DNA of 64,000 nucleotides from Monocercomonoides exilis PA203 (lineage: Eukaryota > Protista > Preaxostyla): assembly GCA_001643675.2 (NCBI GenBank), contig LSRY02000013.1, positions 186,001 through 250,000 on the forward strand, in the 5' to 3' direction. Every line of letters begins with the position of its first letter. The first letter of the stretch is position 1. Below are positions 61,048-64,000 of this stretch, in pieces. The notes beneath the pieces are model-generated. The model saw nothing but the letters and a program-made list of their open reading frames with translations. It was not told the origin of the DNA and did not search any database. The translations under genes and the position numbers were made by a program.

Positions 61048-63836
61048 ATGGCTATAATTGAGCCACGGTTTTCGACTTTACGATCAAACCAAGAAACTTG
61101 TGTGTTTTAGTTTTTGTATTTACCAAGTTATATATTTCTTCTTGTTTTCTTGCTTTGGAATGCTTAATCTGCAAAGTTCGTTCTGTAACTGGAAGCTTTT
61201 CCCAGAGGTCTCAGCATGAACCTTATGAAATGGTAGATTGTTTCCTTTTTGTGTGTTTTGAAAATATTTTTTAAATTTTTTGTCTTCAAAGATTCAGACC
61301 CACAAAAAACCCATTGCACAGAGATACATTGTTCCAAAAGTTGTAGATTTCGGACCACGCCCAAAATTGAAACCAACAGGAGAACTTCCAGTGGTTGAAG
61401 CGATTCTGCCTCCATTTCCTTCTCCACGTTCAACAACTGACATTAAAGAGAGCACAAACAAAACAGGTTCCAACGCAAATGAAGTCTCATCCGAAGAAAA
61501 TCATGAGGTTGGAGAAACTTCTTTTATTGAGGAGCAATTTCCAGAACAAACTGAACAAAATCCTCAACTGAATGACACATCAAATCAACAAATTGATGAT
61601 GCGAATAATAATTCCAATTCATCCAATGAAGAATTAACAGGAAGGGAAGAACCATCCAGCCCACCAGCTATGAAGGCAATGCCAGCTTCAGCTCTTCCTC
61701 CATTGCGTCTAAACTCTAATGAATTGTCAAAAAGAGAACTTGATACGAGCAAGGGTTGTGAAGGAGGGATTACTACTGGAAGAAAAAGTGGGGGATGGAC
61801 TGGAAGAGATGAATGCTATGACCCTGAATTCATCTGCAAGGTTGCCTCATACGTTCCTCGCGATTTATTCCGCGATCATCCAGAAGTTTGTGAGTCGCAA
61901 GGGATCAACCCAGAAGCATATTCTGCTTGGCTGAAGGGAGAGCGTTATGCTGCTGTTGTTTTGCACAAGCACGAGAAAGAGCGGACAAAGAGAGCAGAAG
62001 AGGAGGCAGAGAAAAGCGGGATGGCAGACAGAAACCCGATTGGCTCAGCATCGATGAGAGGAGGTTCAACACAAAGAAGCAGGGCAGACACGCAATTAAG
62101 TTCATATCGAACTTCTGCTTCAGCAACTTCTCGAGTATCTCTGAATGGAGCAACTCCATCTACACCTCCGTTCTCTGCCTCTTCACTGAGAGAGGCCAAC
62201 GGGGAAGCGACATATTCTTCGATGGTTGTTCCTCCGCTTTCAGTGACCAACAGTGCAGTCTCAGAGAATGCAGATTTGAGAGAGCGGATTATGGAGACAT
62301 ATCTTTCAGCACGCCTCTCACAGCGTGCTGAAAGAGAGGCGCAGCAGCGCAATTTGTTTAAGGCGGTGCAGGCACATTCACAGCACTGCGGGCGAATGGA
62401 GACAGAACACACAAAGCGGAGAGAGAGCGACAGGATTGCTTCTGTTGAAGGGAAAGGAGAAGGGTGGCAGTCTGAAAGAGAGAGAACACTGCTGAATGAC
62501 ACAGACTCGCCTTCTGGCCACAGACATCCAGAACATACAGTGTATCATGCCTATCTCGATCCAAAATACAGAAAAAGCAGGAATACGCTGTTGCAGTATT
62601 ACACTCCTGATGCTGGGAGGTTTGTTTTATTCTTTGTGTTCTTCATGAATTTTTCATATTTCTCCTTTTCATTCAATTTTTCTTTAAATGATAGTGGAAC
62701 AGCACGCCATCACATTCCACATCTTCCACCGTTGAACTCCACACAGCATTCTCCCAATCCTCTCACTCCAGCTGGAAATGGCTCAAATCTTGCAATCACA
62801 TCATCATCTGGATTAAGCAGTTCCAGATCAGACAAAGAATACACTGAAATATTCAGCCGCTCTCCGCTGAGTGGACGGATGAGGGAAGTGGCTGGAGATG
62901 GAATGCTGCTCAGCGAAAGAGACGGAGGGCTGTCCACAAGACGCTCAAACGGCTGGTCGACTGCTCGTTTCGGGGCGAATGCGTTTCCATACGATGCAGA
63001 CACGAACATGTTTGCGAGGAACTCAGCGACTTCGTCGAAAGTGACTCCGCTCAAACTGCGCAACCCGCACGACGCGTCGCTCAGAGACAGAGAAATAAAA
63101 GTGGATACCGAAGAGACGGCAGATGCTGATGAAAAAATGAGGTTTTATTTTGTTAGTTATTCGTTTTTTTTACCGAATTTATTGAAAATTGCTTATTGTT
63201 TCTGTTTTTTTAATAAAATATTTGTTCTGCAACAGTGTGGATTCCAATTGGTCTGATACATCAAATGAAGATATTGCTGAGCGCGTTCGAGAGATAGAAG
63301 CTGAAGTGACTGAGAGAGAAGCATCTAACCTTTCCGCATCAAAAACGAATACTTCATTCTCTTCTACTTCTTATTCTTCGATCCGTCGCGGAGCAGGCTA
63401 TCATCTGAATACAGGGCGGGACGGCTCAGAAATGCTTGCTGGCACTGCAAAGTCGCAGTATCCTTCTCGCACACTTCAAACAAGCACATCATCACCACAA
63501 ATTTCTCCTGTCACTTCACTCCAGCCTCAAGGTTCGCCTATGGGCACTCTTCCACTCCAGGGCGATTATCATTTGTCTCCCTTCGTATCTGCAGAGAAAA
63601 AAGAAAGCACCCCTGTTCAGACATCTTCTTCTGAAGGTGTGTTCCTTTTTTTTAAAATTTATTTTTATTATTGAAAATCTTTGACAAATTATGTTGCAGA
63701 TTCAGAAACACCTTCTGAAGAGAAATCCTTTTCGATCACCAAAACAATGCAACGCATCAGTGAGTCAGTTGTTATTGATGAAAAAAGCACAGGAAAATAT
63801 CTTATACCGAATAGAATTGAAAAAGAGTTACAGTAG
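61048..63836 (+). CDS. Hypothetical low-complexity Ser/Arg-rich protein, ~6 exons
   Basis: ATG 61048 (MAIIEPRFSTLRSNQE) splices through GT-AG introns into the long ORFs at 61292-63140 and 63235-63637 and a last exon ending at TAG 63836. No recognised domain. Confidence 0.65.
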
Positions 63837-64000
63837 AATTATTTAACAATCAAAATATTATTATTTTTTCTTTCTAAGTCTTCAAGTTGTTTGTATCAAT
63901 CTTTCTTCCTTGTTTTATTTTTTTCTTTCAATTTTATGCTTTTGTATCATTTCGCCATTCTATGAAAACATTGTTAAAAGCCAAATCTGTTTAGATTTTG

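Noticed and set aside
62620-62694. Hydrophobic TM-like stretch FVLFFVFFMNFSYFSFSFNF in the 658-aa ORF
   Set aside because: It coincides with a T-rich 75-nt GT-AG segment best explained as an in-frame intron.

Overview
Eukaryotic, gene-dense, intron-rich DNA with AT-rich spacers and the standard genetic code: homology-supported C-termini end at TAA/TAG/TGA and long ORFs lack in-frame TAR. Gene style (short GT-AG introns often ending in AAG, Ser/Glu-rich insertions, a giant Cys-rich receptor-like ORF) suggests an anaerobic metamonad, most likely the oxymonad Monocercomonoides (inference, no database search). Housekeeping genes, in order: PP2A scaffold A, glucosidase II alpha, V-ATPase F (absent from the ORF track, 5 small exons), RSPH14-like ARM protein, AMPK gamma, HEAT protein, DDX52/ROK1, pyruvate kinase, Arf-like GTPase, PH-IQ-anoctamin, IFT139/TTC21B, GCP2, a receiver+PDE protein and two low-complexity unknowns. 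Between DDX52 and pyruvate kinase is a ~15 kb accessory island (21845-36849) bracketed by two copies of a near-perfect fold-back element. It holds an intronless 2898-aa receptor pseudokinase with five Cys-anchored ectodomain modules, a probable decayed paralog, a second unrelated fold-back element and a Merlin/ISXO2-type transposase pseudogene. Most notable: this island, an anoctamin with substituted Ca2+ ligands plus added PH and IQ modules, and a RegA-like protein with both receiver and PDE catalytic residues substituted. Exon boundaries were read by eye, and all homology calls come from remembered motifs.
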